64,000 bases of DNA from an uncultured Spirochaetota bacterium (GCA_963781885.1 CAWAHW010000005.1:128001-192000), one strand, 5' to 3'. Shown: positions 1-9,894, counted from the first letter of the stretch. Numbers and translations: made by a program. The notes: generated by a model not told the origin, from the letters alone.

Positions 1-1
1 C

Positions 2-391
2 CGCGGAAAGGTGGATTACCTGGAACCGATGCCGGGCAGGGTCGCCGTCGGATTCCCCGAGCTTGCGGAGAAGGTGCTCATCTTCAGCCGGGGGCTGGAC
101 GATCGCGTCATCGAGATCATGAAATATTACCTCCTCACCGGCCCGGGGGCGGCGGGGGCTCCCCACGGCGGACGCGATCTGGCGGCGTCCTACGCGGGCA
201 TCGAGGCCGAAAAACACGTCTTCAACATCCACGGCATGAAGGAAGGGGAGGTCGGCGTCGCGCGTCTTGCGCCGGAGTTCTACGCGCGCGTGGCAAGCGA
301 CATCGATCGGCGGCTGCAGGAGGAGCCATTCTGCGACTTTTGCGTCCCGCCGTGGGTTTCCGTGAAGCGGATGGCAGGACAGCGGGAATGA
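2..391 (+). CDS. CpXC-domain-like protein, C-terminal part (5' truncated by window edge)
   Basis: Frame is open from the window start. 'GFPELAEKVLIF..GLDDRVIEIMKYYLL' resembles the C-terminal half of spirochaete CpXC proteins. Stop overlaps the next ATG (ATGA). Confidence 0.55.
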   Translation, partial: RGKVDYLEPMPGRVAVGFPELAEKVLIFSRGLDDRVIEIMKYYLLTGPGAAGAPHGGRDLAASYAGIEAEKHVFNIHGMKEGEVGVARLAPEFYARVASDIDRRLQEEPFCDFCVPPWVSVKRMAGQRE

Positions 392-2454
392 GCCGACGCA
401 CCTTCATTCCCTTTGTCATCTGCATGGTGCTCGGCGCCGCGGCGAACGCCGCCGGCGCAGCGGAAGCGGCGCAGAGCGTCATCGCATCGGGCCATGCGGG
501 TCCGATCCTGGGGCTGGAGTACGACGAGAAGCGAGGGCTGCTCTTCAGCTCCGGCCGCGACGGAACGGTGCGTCTCTGGGACGCCTCATCGGGTGCCATC
601 GTGGAGACCGTCCAGGTGACGCGTCTGCGGGCGGAGAAGATCGCGGTGAATCCCGCGCAGCCCCAGTTCGCGGTCGTCGTCACCGACAATGCCGGCTCTT
701 ACGCACTGTCGGTGTGGGACTGGGAGCAGGAGCGCCAGCTCTACCGGGTGCCCTTGCGGGAGGAGCCGCAGTTCCTTCGCTTTTCGGGCATGGGGACCTA
801 CATCCTCTGGGGCGAATCGTCCTGGCAGAGCCTGAAGATCATTCGCGCCGCGGACGGGACACCGGTCTCCTTCCATCCCGAGGGCTTCGGCATCGTGGGT
901 TACGCGGAGATGTCCCGATCGGAGAAGACCCTCATGACCTACCAGGTCTCGGGACGGATCGACTACTGGGACATGGCATCCGGCCAGCAGACACTCGACT
1001 TGCAGTGCGTGCCCTACCTTTCCGGCATACGCATGTCACGCGATAAAAGCAGGCTCGTCGGTTCCACGGGCAGGGAAATCTATGTCTTGGACAGCGTCAC
1101 CGGTGCCACGCGCGGTCATGCCGCCCTGGCGGGCGTCCTCGCCCTGGATTTTTCCCCGTCGGGCTCCGAGATCGCCTGCATCTCGGGCACCGGCGGCTTG
1201 ATGCGGCTCGTGTCATCGGGCGACTCGCTTGCCACCAGCGGGAACCCGTCGAAGCTCTCCGCCCCGGCGACGCTTCTCTGCTACGCCTCCGACGCCTTGT
1301 TCGCGGCGGACTCGTCGGGGGGACTTTACTCCATCGCGGCGTCGGGGGCCGCGGTGCAGGTGGGGCGGAACGTCCTTGCCGATGTCAGCGGCTTTGACGT
1401 CGTGCACGGGATGCTCGCACTCGGCGCGAGCGGCGGGGTGCGTGTTTTCACGAGCGACATGCTCACCCACGCGACGACCCCTTCATTCATCCGATCGTTC
1501 TACGTCCAGAACCCGCTCGGCGCGGCCCCGGGTCTTGCCTTTTCCTCGAACGAGCGGCTGGTCGCCTGGAGGGCGGACGCGTCGGGCCAGGGTCTTGCCG
1601 CCCTGGACACGTCCGGGCTGGCCGCGCCCGGTGCGGTTGCGGGGACGTTCCAGAGCCTGCCGGCAGGCTTTCGCGCGCCGGTGATCGATCTGCGCGCGAC
1701 GGCAAATGAGGCGATCGGCGTGGAGGCAGGAAGCGTCGTGCGCATCGTGGACCTGCTGTCGGGCGCGTCGCGCTTCGACGCGAAAGTCCCCGGCGCGTCC
1801 ACGGCCGTGCGTGTGTCACCGACGGGGCTCATCGTGGCGAGGAATGCCACGTCTGCCGCGGAGGGATCGCTCCTGCGCGTGAACATGGCAACGGGGGAAA
1901 CCGTCGCGCTCAAGGGGCGCAACGTCTTCACGTACCTCCTCCTGCTGGACCCCGGTCCTCCCGGCGGCGTCCCCACGCTGTATTCCGTCGGGGTCGATCA
2001 ATCAGGATCGACGAATCTTGTTCGATTCGACGGCCCGAGCTTCACCGCGGAGTCCCTTCTGGATTCCGTTTCTGACGTTGACTTGAACGTGGCGCTCGCC
2101 CTCGACCCGGACACCCACGTTCTGTACGCCACCCTGGGGCAGGACAGGACCATTGCCTGGGACGGGTCCCAGCTGCGCGTCATCGACCTGCGCAACGCCT
2201 CACCGCGCAGGCTTCTTGCTCGGGACCACATGCTTTTCTCTCTGAACAAGGATTCCACGGTCACCATTGCGGACAGCGCCACGGGGGCGTGGCTCGCGCG
2301 CATCGGGCTCTTTCAGGACGGGGAGTGGTGCGTCGTCATGAGCGACGGCCGCTACGCTGCATCCACGGGCGGCGACGTGAACGTGCAGGTGATCGCCAAC
2401 GGCGCTCCCGTGGCCGTCAAGGAAGACTACAGGCTTCGCATCCAGATGCAATAG
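388..2454 (+). CDS. Secreted WD40/beta-propeller repeat protein
   Basis: Signal peptide MSRRTFIPFVICMVLGAAANA, WD40 repeat 'GHAGPILGL...SSGRDGTVRLWD', ATG overlapping the upstream stop. Confidence 0.75.
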   Translation: MSRRTFIPFVICMVLGAAANAAGAAEAAQSVIASGHAGPILGLEYDEKRGLLFSSGRDGTVRLWDASSGAIVETVQVTRLRAEKIAVNPAQPQFAVVVTDNAGSYALSVWDWEQERQLYRVPLREEPQFLRFSGMGTYILWGESSWQSLKIIRAADGTPVSFHPEGFGIVGYAEMSRSEKTLMTYQVSGRIDYWDMASGQQTLDLQCVPYLSGIRMSRDKSRLVGSTGREIYVLDSVTGATRGHAALAGVLALDFSPSGSEIACISGTGGLMRLVSSGDSLATSGNPSKLSAPATLLCYASDALFAADSSGGLYSIAASGAAVQVGRNVLADVSGFDVVHGMLALGASGGVRVFTSDMLTHATTPSFIRSFYVQNPLGAAPGLAFSSNERLVAWRADASGQGLAALDTSGLAAPGAVAGTFQSLPAGFRAPVIDLRATANEAIGVEAGSVVRIVDLLSGASRFDAKVPGASTAVRVSPTGLIVARNATSAAEGSLLRVNMATGETVALKGRNVFTYLLLLDPGPPGGVPTLYSVGVDQSGSTNLVRFDGPSFTAESLLDSVSDVDLNVALALDPDTHVLYATLGQDRTIAWDGSQLRVIDLRNASPRRLLARDHMLFSLNKDSTVTIADSATGAWLARIGLFQDGEWCVVMSDGRYAASTGGDVNVQVIANGAPVAVKEDYRLRIQMQ

Positions 2455-2469
2455 CCGGGGAAAGACACC

Positions 2470-2760
2470 CTAATCGTGTGAAGGATTGGCCTTGACGCGG
2501 AGGATGGCGTCGTGGACGGCGCGCTTTATGTCCTGCTGGGCCTCGGCCGCCGTGGATGCCTTTGCATAGACGCTGCCCATGAGGGAGACCCGGTAGGCTG
2601 GGCGCGTATTGTTCAGGGCGAAGGCGGCCATGTCGAGCACGCAGTCCTGGCAGGTGCAGAGGTCGGTCGCAGCCCGAATCTGCGATTCCAGCTCTTCCAG
2701 AACCAGGCGCTCCGACTCGTTCACCAGGCCGTCGAAATCGTAGTCTTCCCGCAGAGACAT
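2470..2760 (-). CDS. Late competence development ComFB family protein
   Basis: 'LVNESERLV', 'CTCQDCVLDMAAFALN..RPAY' and C-terminal 'VKANPSH' are ComFB-family signatures. SD AGGAG upstream. Confidence 0.85.
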   Translation of the reverse strand: MSLREDYDFDGLVNESERLVLEELESQIRAATDLCTCQDCVLDMAAFALNNTRPAYRVSLMGSVYAKASTAAEAQQDIKRAVHDAILRVKANPSHD

Positions 2761-2825
2761 CGCTGCTCCTTACAGGAAATGATACACCCGCCTGTCCTCG
2801 GCGGCTACGGGCCCCTGCACGGCGA

Positions 2826-2865
2826 CGGGCCTCCTTTCGTCCATCCCTGGACTCGTCGGCCCTCG
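2826..2865. repeat. Intergenic 40-bp hairpin repeat, copy 1 (TCCH-loop, REP-like)
   Basis: 35/40 identical to 13676-13715. Inner stem GTCCA-TCCC-TGGAC, outer GGGCC/GGCCC. Confidence 0.75.
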
Positions 2866-2951
2866 CGGCTCTCGCCGTCCTGCGCGCCGCCTGCGGCGAC
2901 GCTGGGCCGGCTGCCGCCCTCCGCGCGGCGTACCGCGCTACGCGTCCGTGG

Positions 2952-4277
2952 CTATGCCTGTCCCCTCTCCAACGGCTCGAACTTCGTGTAGCGGGAAATG
3001 AACGCGAGGCGCAGCTCGCCGACGGGGCCGTTGCGCTGCTTCGCCACGATGATCTCACGCTCGTCGACCTTCGGGTCCTCCGAATGGATGAAGATGACGA
3101 CGTCCGCGTCCTGCTCGATCGATCCTGACTCGCGCAGGTCGGCGAGATTGGGCCGCTTTCCCTCTGTCTCGCGTCGGACCTGGGAGAGGGCAATCACGGG
3201 AAGCGAGAGCTCGCGGGCAAGGGCCTTCAAAGAACGGGAGATATCGGCGATCTGCTCGTGTCGGGGGAGGTCGCGATTCTCCGAGCCCACGAGCGTGATG
3301 TAGTCGATGAAGATGATCTTCACCCCGTGATTGCTCTTCATCCGGCGCGCCTGCGCGCGGAGGTCGAGCAGTTTCAGGTCGGGGGAATCGCTGATGTACA
3401 GCGGCGCCTCGTACATCCGGCTGCAGGCGTCGGTGAGCCGGCTGAAGTCGCCGGGGGTCAGCATGCCGATACGCATCTTGTGGGAATCCAGACGCGCCTC
3501 CATGGACAGGAGACGCTGCATGATAGCCATCGCGCTCATTTCCAGTGAGAAAAAGCCCACCGGGATCTTCTGCTTCACGGCGACATTGGCGGCGATGGAC
3601 AGGGCGAGCGCCGTCTTGCCCACCGACGGCCGTGCGCCGATGACGATGAACTCCGAGTTCTGGAACCCGAGCGTGAGAGAGTCCAGGTCCTTGAAACCCG
3701 AGGGGATCCCGGAATACTCGGATTGCGAACCGGACAGCTTCTCGATGGCCTCGAAGGTCTGCTTGACGATTTCCTTTGCCGGGGAGTAGGTCCCGGTCTG
3801 GTTGCGGTCGGAGATCTCGAAGATGCGCCGCTCCGCCTCTTCCAGGATGGCGCTGATCTCCGTGCTTTCATCGTGGGCGTGCGCGATGATCTCCTGGGAG
3901 ACGCGCGCGAGGGTGCGACGGATGCTCGCCGCCTGGACGATGCGCGCGTAGAACTCGGCGTTCGCGCTCGTCGGGACCGACGAGGTGAGGCGGGAGATGT
4001 AGGCCATGCCCCCGCAGGACTCGAGCGTTCCGCGGGCCCGCAGCTCGTCCGCGAGCGTGATCAGGTCGATCGACTGCCCGTGGTCGAAAAGGGAGAGGAT
4101 GGCCTCATAGATCCGCTGGTGGGCGCCCTTGTAGAAGTCCTCGGGCCGGACCAGCGGGATGAGCTCGGAGAGCGATTCGGCGTCGATGAGCGCGGCGCCG
4201 AGGGTCGCGATCTCGGCTTCCTCGTTGTGCGAGGGGATTGCGTCCCGCAGAGGGCCGGGCGACGGCGCGCCGCTCAC
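2952..4277 (-). CDS. dnaB: Replicative DNA helicase
   Basis: 'PSHNEEAE', Walker A 'GARPSVGKT', 'FFSLEM', 'DLRESGSIEQDAD', 'KQRNGP'. Confidence 0.97.
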   Translation of the reverse strand: MSGAPSPGPLRDAIPSHNEEAEIATLGAALIDAESLSELIPLVRPEDFYKGAHQRIYEAILSLFDHGQSIDLITLADELRARGTLESCGGMAYISRLTSSVPTSANAEFYARIVQAASIRRTLARVSQEIIAHAHDESTEISAILEEAERRIFEISDRNQTGTYSPAKEIVKQTFEAIEKLSGSQSEYSGIPSGFKDLDSLTLGFQNSEFIVIGARPSVGKTALALSIAANVAVKQKIPVGFFSLEMSAMAIMQRLLSMEARLDSHKMRIGMLTPGDFSRLTDACSRMYEAPLYISDSPDLKLLDLRAQARRMKSNHGVKIIFIDYITLVGSENRDLPRHEQIADISRSLKALARELSLPVIALSQVRRETEGKRPNLADLRESGSIEQDADVVIFIHSEDPKVDEREIIVAKQRNGPVGELRLAFISRYTKFEPLERGQA

Positions 4278-4291
4278 GGTGCCGCGGACCG

Positions 4292-4882
4292 CTACTGGGC
4301 GTCGACGGGGGGCGCGCTCTCGGGAGCCGTCTCCGATTCAGCGGGAGGCTTCTCCGCGGGAGCCTCGTCGCGGGGCTTTTCCGCGGCCGGTTTGCGCGGT
4401 GCCCGCTGCTTTGCCGGGGCTGGCGCACCGGGCTGCGCGGCGCCTTCCACGATCAGCTTCACCGTGGCCTCTTCCTTGTCGTACAGGCGGATGCGGATCT
4501 TGTACGTGCCGACGCTCCGGATGGTGTGGTCGGGTATCTCGATGCGCTTCTTCTCGATGGCGAAGCCCTTCTTTTCCAGCTCCACGGCGACATTCGTGTT
4601 GTTCACGGAGCCGAAAAGCTTCCCGTTCTCGCCCGCCGGCACGCTGAACCGCACCTCTTCCGCCTCGAGGCGCTCCTTGAGGCTCGCCGCTTCCAGGCGC
4701 TTGCCTTCCTTGCGCTTCTCGATCGATGCGCGCTTGTGCTCCAGCGCGACGAGGAACTCTTTCGTGTGCGGAACGGCGAGCTTCTGGGGAAGCAGGAAAT
4801 TGCGGGCATAGCCGGCCGCGACGTCCTTGATGTCTCCCTCTTCACCGAGTCCTATCACGTCCTGATTGAGAATCACCTTCAT
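4292..4882 (-). CDS. rplI: 50S ribosomal protein L9 with Pro/Ala/Glu-rich C-terminal tail
   Basis: 'MKVILNQDVIGLG..GYARNFLLP', 'GKLFGSV'; rpsF-ssb-rpsR-rplI-dnaB context. Confidence 0.96.
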   Translation of the reverse strand: MKVILNQDVIGLGEEGDIKDVAAGYARNFLLPQKLAVPHTKEFLVALEHKRASIEKRKEGKRLEAASLKERLEAEEVRFSVPAGENGKLFGSVNNTNVAVELEKKGFAIEKKRIEIPDHTIRSVGTYKIRIRLYDKEEATVKLIVEGAAQPGAPAPAKQRAPRKPAAEKPRDEAPAEKPPAESETAPESAPPVDAQ

Positions 4883-4903
4883 CCGAGTAACGCTCCTTTC
4901 TCT

Positions 4904-5920
4904 CTATCCGTCATTGGTCGGCGCCGCGCTCCTGGGGATGCGGTAGCGGACCCAGTTTTCCGATATCCCGAACAGCGGGACAGCCACGAGCACAATCACC
5001 CCGATGCCCGGGCTCACCGCGAGTATCCCCAGCACGATGACAAGCAGAAGCCAGAGGAAGCGCGGCAGGTGACGCGCCTCGAACTGGAACCAGACGATGG
5101 CCAGCCCCTGCAGGCCGTAAAGGAAGAGCAGGACCAGCGCGATGTTCCAGCCGACGAAGGCCCACGATGAAAAGTGGAAGAAAAGGTCCGCCAGCACGAC
5201 CGCCCCTGAAGCGATCAGCGGCCACAGCCAGAAGCTCTCCAGGCGAAAGCGCGAGAAGCGAAACGAGGGCGCGATGCCGAGGAAGGCCGGCGCGCGCGCG
5301 GCGGCTGCCTGGCCGGCCCACCAGGAAAAGGTGAGCATGATCATGTAGTCCGCCAGCAGCGTCCGCGTGAGGAAGGATTCCGACATCTCCCGCAGGTGCG
5401 TCGGCTCGAGGATGGGCGCCAGGAGCGCGCTCCCGAATCCGTCGGTGGCTGGCGCAAGCGCGGTGGACAGGACCTTTGCCGTATCCGAAAAGAGGCTGTT
5501 CATCGACGCCTGGAACGCATCGGTGCGAGCCAGGACCACGATGGTCGGGAATCCGATGATGCCCGCGACTGCGGTGGCTGCCAGAAGCATGACCGCGGTG
5601 CGGGGGCGTCCCTTGATCGGCACGTTCACGCCCAGGAGCCCCAGGAGCAGAAGAAGGACCCCGCCCGTCTCCATGAAGATCACCATGTCAGGGGCGCCGG
5701 CGCCCGGGGACAGGACGAACGGTCCGAAGCGGAGGGCGAGAAAGACGACGAAAAAGACACCCGCCGCCGCGCAGAGACCGCGGATCCCCCGCCGGGAGGC
5801 GACGACCTGCAGGGGCACGAGGAAGAGCACGAACCCGATGATCGTGTGATACAGGAGGAGCGATGAAAGCGTGAACAGGAGTATCTCGAGATACCGTCCA
5901 CCTGAGGATCTCTGGTACAT
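4904..5920 (-). CDS. DUF2232/YybS-like membrane protein
   Basis: Multi-TM protein with 'N....LFLYGLQGLAI' and 'PLFGISENWVRYR'; usual position between rpsR and rplI. Confidence 0.75.
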   Translation of the reverse strand: MYQRSSGGRYLEILLFTLSSLLLYHTIIGFVLFLVPLQVVASRRGIRGLCAAAGVFFVVFLALRFGPFVLSPGAGAPDMVIFMETGGVLLLLLGLLGVNVPIKGRPRTAVMLLAATAVAGIIGFPTIVVLARTDAFQASMNSLFSDTAKVLSTALAPATDGFGSALLAPILEPTHLREMSESFLTRTLLADYMIMLTFSWWAGQAAAARAPAFLGIAPSFRFSRFRLESFWLWPLIASGAVVLADLFFHFSSWAFVGWNIALVLLFLYGLQGLAIVWFQFEARHLPRFLWLLLVIVLGILAVSPGIGVIVLVAVPLFGISENWVRYRIPRSAAPTNDG

Positions 5921-5960
5921 GCTGCAGCCCCCGAGGGGAGAATCCGCTTGTCGGCCGACT

Positions 5961-6416
5961 CTACCGTGCCACGTAGGGGAGGAGTGCGAGGCTGCGCGCG
6001 CGCTTGATGGCCCGTGCGAGCTCCCTCTGATGTTTCGCGCATGTGCCCGTGATCCGGCGCGGCATGATCTTTCCCCGCTCCGACGTGAAGCGCTTCAGGC
6101 CTCCGGCGTCCTTCCAATCGATGGTGGCCTTCTTGATGCAGAACTTGCAGACCTTCCGCTTGAAGAACGTCTTGTGCCGGCCGCGGCCGCCCTGGTAGCC
6201 GCCGCGCTCGCCGCGGTCCGACCGGTCGCCACCGCCGAATCCGCCTTCCCGCCGGAAGCCGCCCTCGCGGCGGTATCCACCGGGTCCGCGATCGCCTTGC
6301 GGCCGGTCGCCTTGCGGCCGATCGCCCTGCGGGCGGTCTCCCTGGGGCCGATCCGCCGCCGGCGCCGGGCTTTCCGGCCGCGGGGTGGATTCTGGTGTGC
6401 TCTGGTTATCTGACAT
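5961..6416 (-). CDS. rpsR: 30S ribosomal protein S18 (zinc-binding form) with long disordered N-terminal extension
   Basis: 'KRKVCKFC', '[20 protein letters not shown]', 'AIKRAR..ALLPY'. Confidence 0.96.
   Translation of the reverse strand: MSDNQSTPESTPRPESPAPAADRPQGDRPQGDRPQGDRPQGDRGPGGYRREGGFRREGGFGGGDRSDRGERGGYQGGRGRHKTFFKRKVCKFCIKKATIDWKDAGGLKRFTSERGKIMPRRITGTCAKHQRELARAIKRARSLALLPYVAR
6289..6348. repeat. Four tandem 15-bp units encoding (PQGDR)4 in the S18 extension
   Basis: CGATCGCCTTGCGGC / CGGTCGCCTTGCGGC / CGATCGCCCTGCGGG / CGGTCTCCCTGGGGC, differing at synonymous sites. Confidence 0.85.
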
Positions 6417-6442
6417 GCCTGCTTTCCTCTCTTCTCTATCTG

Positions 6443-6877
6443 CTAGAATGGAATATCGTCTTCAAAGGTATCCGGGGCCGGTGCGCCGGCTTCCGGCACC
6501 TCGCTCCCGCCGCTTCTGGCCTCACTCGGTGCGCCGCCCTGCCGTGCGCCGGTCCCGCTGCCGAGGAGCTGGATATTGTTCGCGTGTATCTCCACCTTGC
6601 TGCGCGCCTGGCCGTCCTGCTCCCAGCGGTTCTGCCGCAGCTCGCCTTCCACGCCGATCTGCTTGCCCTTGAGGAGATACTGGTTCAGCGATTCCGCGGT
6701 CTTGCCCCAGAGCACGACGTCGAAGAAGTGGGCTTCGTCGACCCACTGGTCGTCCTTTTTGCGTCTCTGGTTGATCGCGATGCCGAACTTGCTCACTGCC
6801 GCGCCGTTGTTGGTATACTTCAGCTCCGCGTTGCGCGTCAGTCTGCCGACGAGAACGACGTGGTTGATGTCTGCCAT
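6443..6877 (-). CDS. ssb: Single-stranded DNA-binding protein
   Basis: '[12 protein letters not shown]', '[11 protein letters not shown]', acidic tip 'DDIPF'. Confidence 0.97.
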   Translation of the reverse strand: MADINHVVLVGRLTRNAELKYTNNGAAVSKFGIAINQRRKKDDQWVDEAHFFDVVLWGKTAESLNQYLLKGKQIGVEGELRQNRWEQDGQARSKVEIHANNIQLLGSGTGARQGGAPSEARSGGSEVPEAGAPAPDTFEDDIPF

Positions 6878-6897
6878 AGCGCCCTCCCGCGGGAAAG

Positions 6898-7179
6898 CTA
6901 GTTGTCCTGCCGGACGAACAGGTACTTGAGGATTTCTGGCCTGAGCTTGAGCGTCTTCGTGAGAGCCTTGAGAGGCTCCGGAGGGCTTTCGATGACGTAG
7001 AGAACGTAATGACCCCGGTCGTTCTTGCGCACGGGGTAGGAGAGGAGACGGTCTCCCATGTCCTCTTCCTTCTTCAGTGAAATGCCGATGGTCTCAAATT
7101 CCTTGCGCAGGAATTCGCGACCCGCCTGGTGCTGATTCTCCTCCGCGGAGAATATCACCACCGCTTCGTAGGTCTTCAT
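6898..7179 (-). CDS. rpsF: 30S ribosomal protein S6
   Basis: Real start MKTYEAVVIF at 7179 with SD GGAGG; 'MGDRLLSYPVRKNDRGHY'. Confidence 0.95.
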   Translation of the reverse strand: MKTYEAVVIFSAEENQHQAGREFLRKEFETIGISLKKEEDMGDRLLSYPVRKNDRGHYVLYVIESPPEPLKALTKTLKLRPEILKYLFVRQDN

Positions 7180-7241
7180 GTCTGTCCTTCCTCCCCATGG
7201 GCTATGACTCGTGCCGTGGCGCGAGTAAAGAGGTAGAAGCA

Positions 7242-7271
7242 ACCTTAGCGGTCCCGGGGATGCTCTGTCAA
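7242..7271 (-). promoter_or_regulatory. Sigma70-type promoter of the rpsF operon
   Basis: TTGACA-18 nt-TAAGGT on the minus strand, about 60 nt upstream of rpsF. Confidence 0.55.
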
Positions 7272-7308
7272 GTGACCCCGGAAGCCCGCCGATCATGTAC
7301 ATTGTACG

Positions 7309-7764
7309 ATGACGCGCAAGATCAATTACGAGGACGACATCTTCACGGTCGCGCTCCAGGTGCGCTGCCTCCAGGACGCTTTGAAGCTCGAGGTGGATCC
7401 GGACCTGTTCAAGGATCGCCTCCTCGGGGACATCGCCTGGATCGACGGCATCGCCGGGCGCCTCTATCAGAGCCTCCGCGAGAGCTCGCAGTACGTGAAG
7501 AGGCAGGAGCATCTGAAGGAGCTCGCGAAGCTGAAGCGCGCCTTTGCGGAGGCGCTTGACGCCCTGGTGGAAAAGCGTGCCCCCTTTGCCGCGCACCTGG
7601 AAGAGAAGCTGCCCGAGCTCCGCGCCCTTCGCGACGCGCACCGCCGCGACATCGGCGAGATCAGGACGCTCCTGGAAGGCACAGGCGCACCGGAGGAGCA
7701 GCACATGGTTTCCGCCGAGGAGCTGAAATTCCTCATGACCTCGGACGAGGACGCCGAGCCGTAG
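7309..7764 (+). CDS. Conserved hypothetical helical protein
   Basis: Host-like codon usage, divergent from rpsF. TACATT lies 5 nt before the ATG with no SD. Confidence 0.75.
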   Translation: MTRKINYEDDIFTVALQVRCLQDALKLEVDPDLFKDRLLGDIAWIDGIAGRLYQSLRESSQYVKRQEHLKELAKLKRAFAEALDALVEKRAPFAAHLEEKLPELRALRDAHRRDIGEIRTLLEGTGAPEEQHMVSAEELKFLMTSDEDAEP

Positions 7765-7859
7765 GCTGCCGCCCCCGCGCGGCTCTGCCGCGGAGTCGGA
7801 CTCATCGGTCCCCGTGCGCCACTTGACCACCGCACCCCTTCCCCGGTACTGTCTATGAT

Positions 7860-7945
7860 GGATTTCGTGGTGCGCCCGTGCGCGCCGCCCCGTGCATGTC
7901 GCTCCCGTGGAGTCACGGGCCCGCCGTGGGCGAATCATGATTATC
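7860..7945 (+). promoter_or_regulatory. Putative structured rplU (L21) leader
   Basis: About 100-nt 5' region after TTGACC-18-TACTGT (7823-7852), ending in 'CCCGCCGTGGGCGAATC', reminiscent of the 3' end of L21 leader RNAs. Not verified by covariance model. Confidence 0.3.
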
Positions 7946-7960
7946 GTGAGGATGGATCGT

Positions 7961-8278
7961 ATGTACGCGCTGGTTGACATTCTCGGCAAACAGTACAAGG
8001 TCGAACAGGGAAGCATCCTGAACGTCGATCACCTGTCGAAAGACAAGGGCGATGCTGTGGAGTTCCCGTCGGTTCTGATGATCTCCGACGGCGGCGCCAC
8101 GAGGATCGGGAGCCCGTACGTTCCCGGTGTCTCGGTACGCGCGGTCGTGGAGGAGCACGGACGAGGGAAGAAGCTCGTATTCGGCAAGTTCAAGAAGAAG
8201 AAGAACTACCGCCGGCGGTACGGCCATCGACAGGAGTTCTCCACGATCAAGATCGAGGGCTTCAACGGCATCGGCTGA
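7961..8278 (+). CDS. rplU: 50S ribosomal protein L21
   Basis: 'MYALVDILGKQYKV', 'KKKKNYRRRYGHRQ'. Confidence 0.97.
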   Translation: MYALVDILGKQYKVEQGSILNVDHLSKDKGDAVEFPSVLMISDGGATRIGSPYVPGVSVRAVVEEHGRGKKLVFGKFKKKKNYRRRYGHRQEFSTIKIEGFNGIG

Positions 8279-8288
8279 TCGCTCCGCT

Positions 8289-8621
8289 GTTCGCATTCTG
8301 CTCGCCGTGTCACGGGACGGCCTCCTGGAGAGTTACGACGCCGCGGGTCACGCCGGCGAAAGCCCGCGCGGTGCCAACATCGCCTGCGCCGCCGTCACGG
8401 CGCTCCTGCGGACGGCCGGGAAATTGTGCGAATCGCGCGGGCTGGTCCAGGATGGCGGCGGAGGGAAACGAGGCGAGCTGCGGCTCATCGTGGCGCCCGT
8501 TCCCGACGCGGAGCGCGAATGGCTCAGGGGCGTGACGGATTTTCTCCTGAGGGGTGTGCATGATCTGCAGGATGAGTTTCCCCGCGAGATTCAACTCCTG
8601 CTCGAGGTGAGGGAGGTCTGA
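8289..8621 (+). CDS. prp: Ribosomal-processing cysteine protease Prp (start uncertain)
   Basis: 'AAGHAG' His and 'NIACAAVT' Cys dyad; between rplU and rpmA. First nearby canonical start is GTG at 8307, but family-like sequence begins near 8289. Confidence 0.85.
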   Translation, partial: VRILLAVSRDGLLESYDAAGHAGESPRGANIACAAVTALLRTAGKLCESRGLVQDGGGGKRGELRLIVAPVPDAEREWLRGVTDFLLRGVHDLQDEFPREIQLLLEVREV

Positions 8622-8622
8622 G

Positions 8623-8877
8623 ATGGGACGCAAGAAGGGCGGCGCGGCGAAGAACGGCCGCGATTCGCAATCGAAGAGACTGGGAATCAAGAGATTCGCC
8701 GGGGAGCATGTCGCCGCGGGCACCATCATCGTCCGGCAGCGGGGAACGAAATTCCATCCCGGCGACAGCGTCGGCCGCGGGAGGGACGATACGTTGTTCG
8801 CGCTCATCGACGGACAGGTCGTTTTCCAGACCCGGAAAGGCCGGAACTTCATCGCCATCCAGCACCCGACGACCTGA
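8623..8877 (+). CDS. rpmA: 50S ribosomal protein L27 (short form)
   Basis: '[14 protein letters not shown]', '[13 protein letters not shown]'; SD GGAGG. Confidence 0.97.
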   Translation: MGRKKGGAAKNGRDSQSKRLGIKRFAGEHVAAGTIIVRQRGTKFHPGDSVGRGRDDTLFALIDGQVVFQTRKGRNFIAIQHPTT

Positions 8878-8883
8878 CGGCGC

Positions 8884-9894
8884 GTGAACGGCTTCGTGGA
8901 TGAGACCACGATCGTCGTCTCGTCCGGCAGCGGGGGCGACGGGGCCGTGTCCTTCCGACGGGAAAAATTCATCCCTCGGGGCGGTCCCGACGGCGGCGAC
9001 GGAGGCAAGGGGGGCGACGTCATCTTCGCCGTGCGCTCGAACCTGAAAACCCTTTCCCATCTCAAGCTGAAGAGAGTGTTCAAGGCCGTCAATGGCGGCC
9101 GCGGCGCCGGGCAGAAGATGCACGGCAAGGACGGGGCGGACGTCCTCATCCCCGTGCCTCCGGGCACCGTGCTGCGCGATCCGGCGACGGGAGACTCGTT
9201 TGCGGACCTCACCCGCGACGGACAGTTGTTCGTCTTCCTCCGCGGCGGCAGGGGAGGGAAGGGGAACTCCCATTACGCCACGTCCGTGAACCAGGCCCCG
9301 CGCTACGCGCAAAAAGGCATCGAGGGGCAGACCCGCGAGCTGCGCGCGGAGCTGCACCTGATCGCCGACGTCGGACTCGTTGGCATGCCAAACGCGGGGA
9401 AGTCCACGCTCCTGTCCGTCGTCACCAACGCGCACCCCCAGATCGCCGACTATCCCTTCACCACCCGCACGCCGCACTTGGGCCTGCTGCGGCTTCCCGA
9501 GCGCGACGTGATCCTCGCCGACATCCCGGGCATCATCGAAGGGGCATCCCAGGGCAAGGGGCTGGGCCTGCGTTTCCTGCGCCACATCGAGCGCTGCGCG
9601 GCCCTGCTCTTCCTGGTGGACCTGTCCTCCGCGGACTGCCCCGGCACCGTGCGTCTCCTGGAGGCCGAGCTTGCAACCTACGCGGGGACGCTCGCGGACA
9701 GGCCGCGCATCCTCGTCGGCACGAAGCTCGACCTGCCGGATTCAGCCGCGGGCATCGATGCCCTGGCAGCGGCGTTCCCCGGCGAACCCTTGGTCGGCAT
9801 CTCGTCGTATTCGCATGAAGGCGTGCCGGCGCTGCTCGCGCTCATCCGGGAGCTCGTGAGCAGGTCCGCCGCGCCGGCGGGAGAAGCGGGATGA
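8884..9894 (+). CDS. obgE: GTPase ObgE/CgtA
   Basis: 'FRREKFIPRGGPDGGDGG', 'GMPNAGKST', 'DYPFTT', 'DIPG'. Confidence 0.97.
   Translation: MNGFVDETTIVVSSGSGGDGAVSFRREKFIPRGGPDGGDGGKGGDVIFAVRSNLKTLSHLKLKRVFKAVNGGRGAGQKMHGKDGADVLIPVPPGTVLRDPATGDSFADLTRDGQLFVFLRGGRGGKGNSHYATSVNQAPRYAQKGIEGQTRELRAELHLIADVGLVGMPNAGKSTLLSVVTNAHPQIADYPFTTRTPHLGLLRLPERDVILADIPGIIEGASQGKGLGLRFLRHIERCAALLFLVDLSSADCPGTVRLLEAELATYAGTLADRPRILVGTKLDLPDSAAGIDALAAAFPGEPLVGISSYSHEGVPALLALIRELVSRSAAPAGEAG

Noticed and set aside
2952-4277. Intein in DnaB
   Set aside because: Normal length (441 aa) with uninterrupted motifs.
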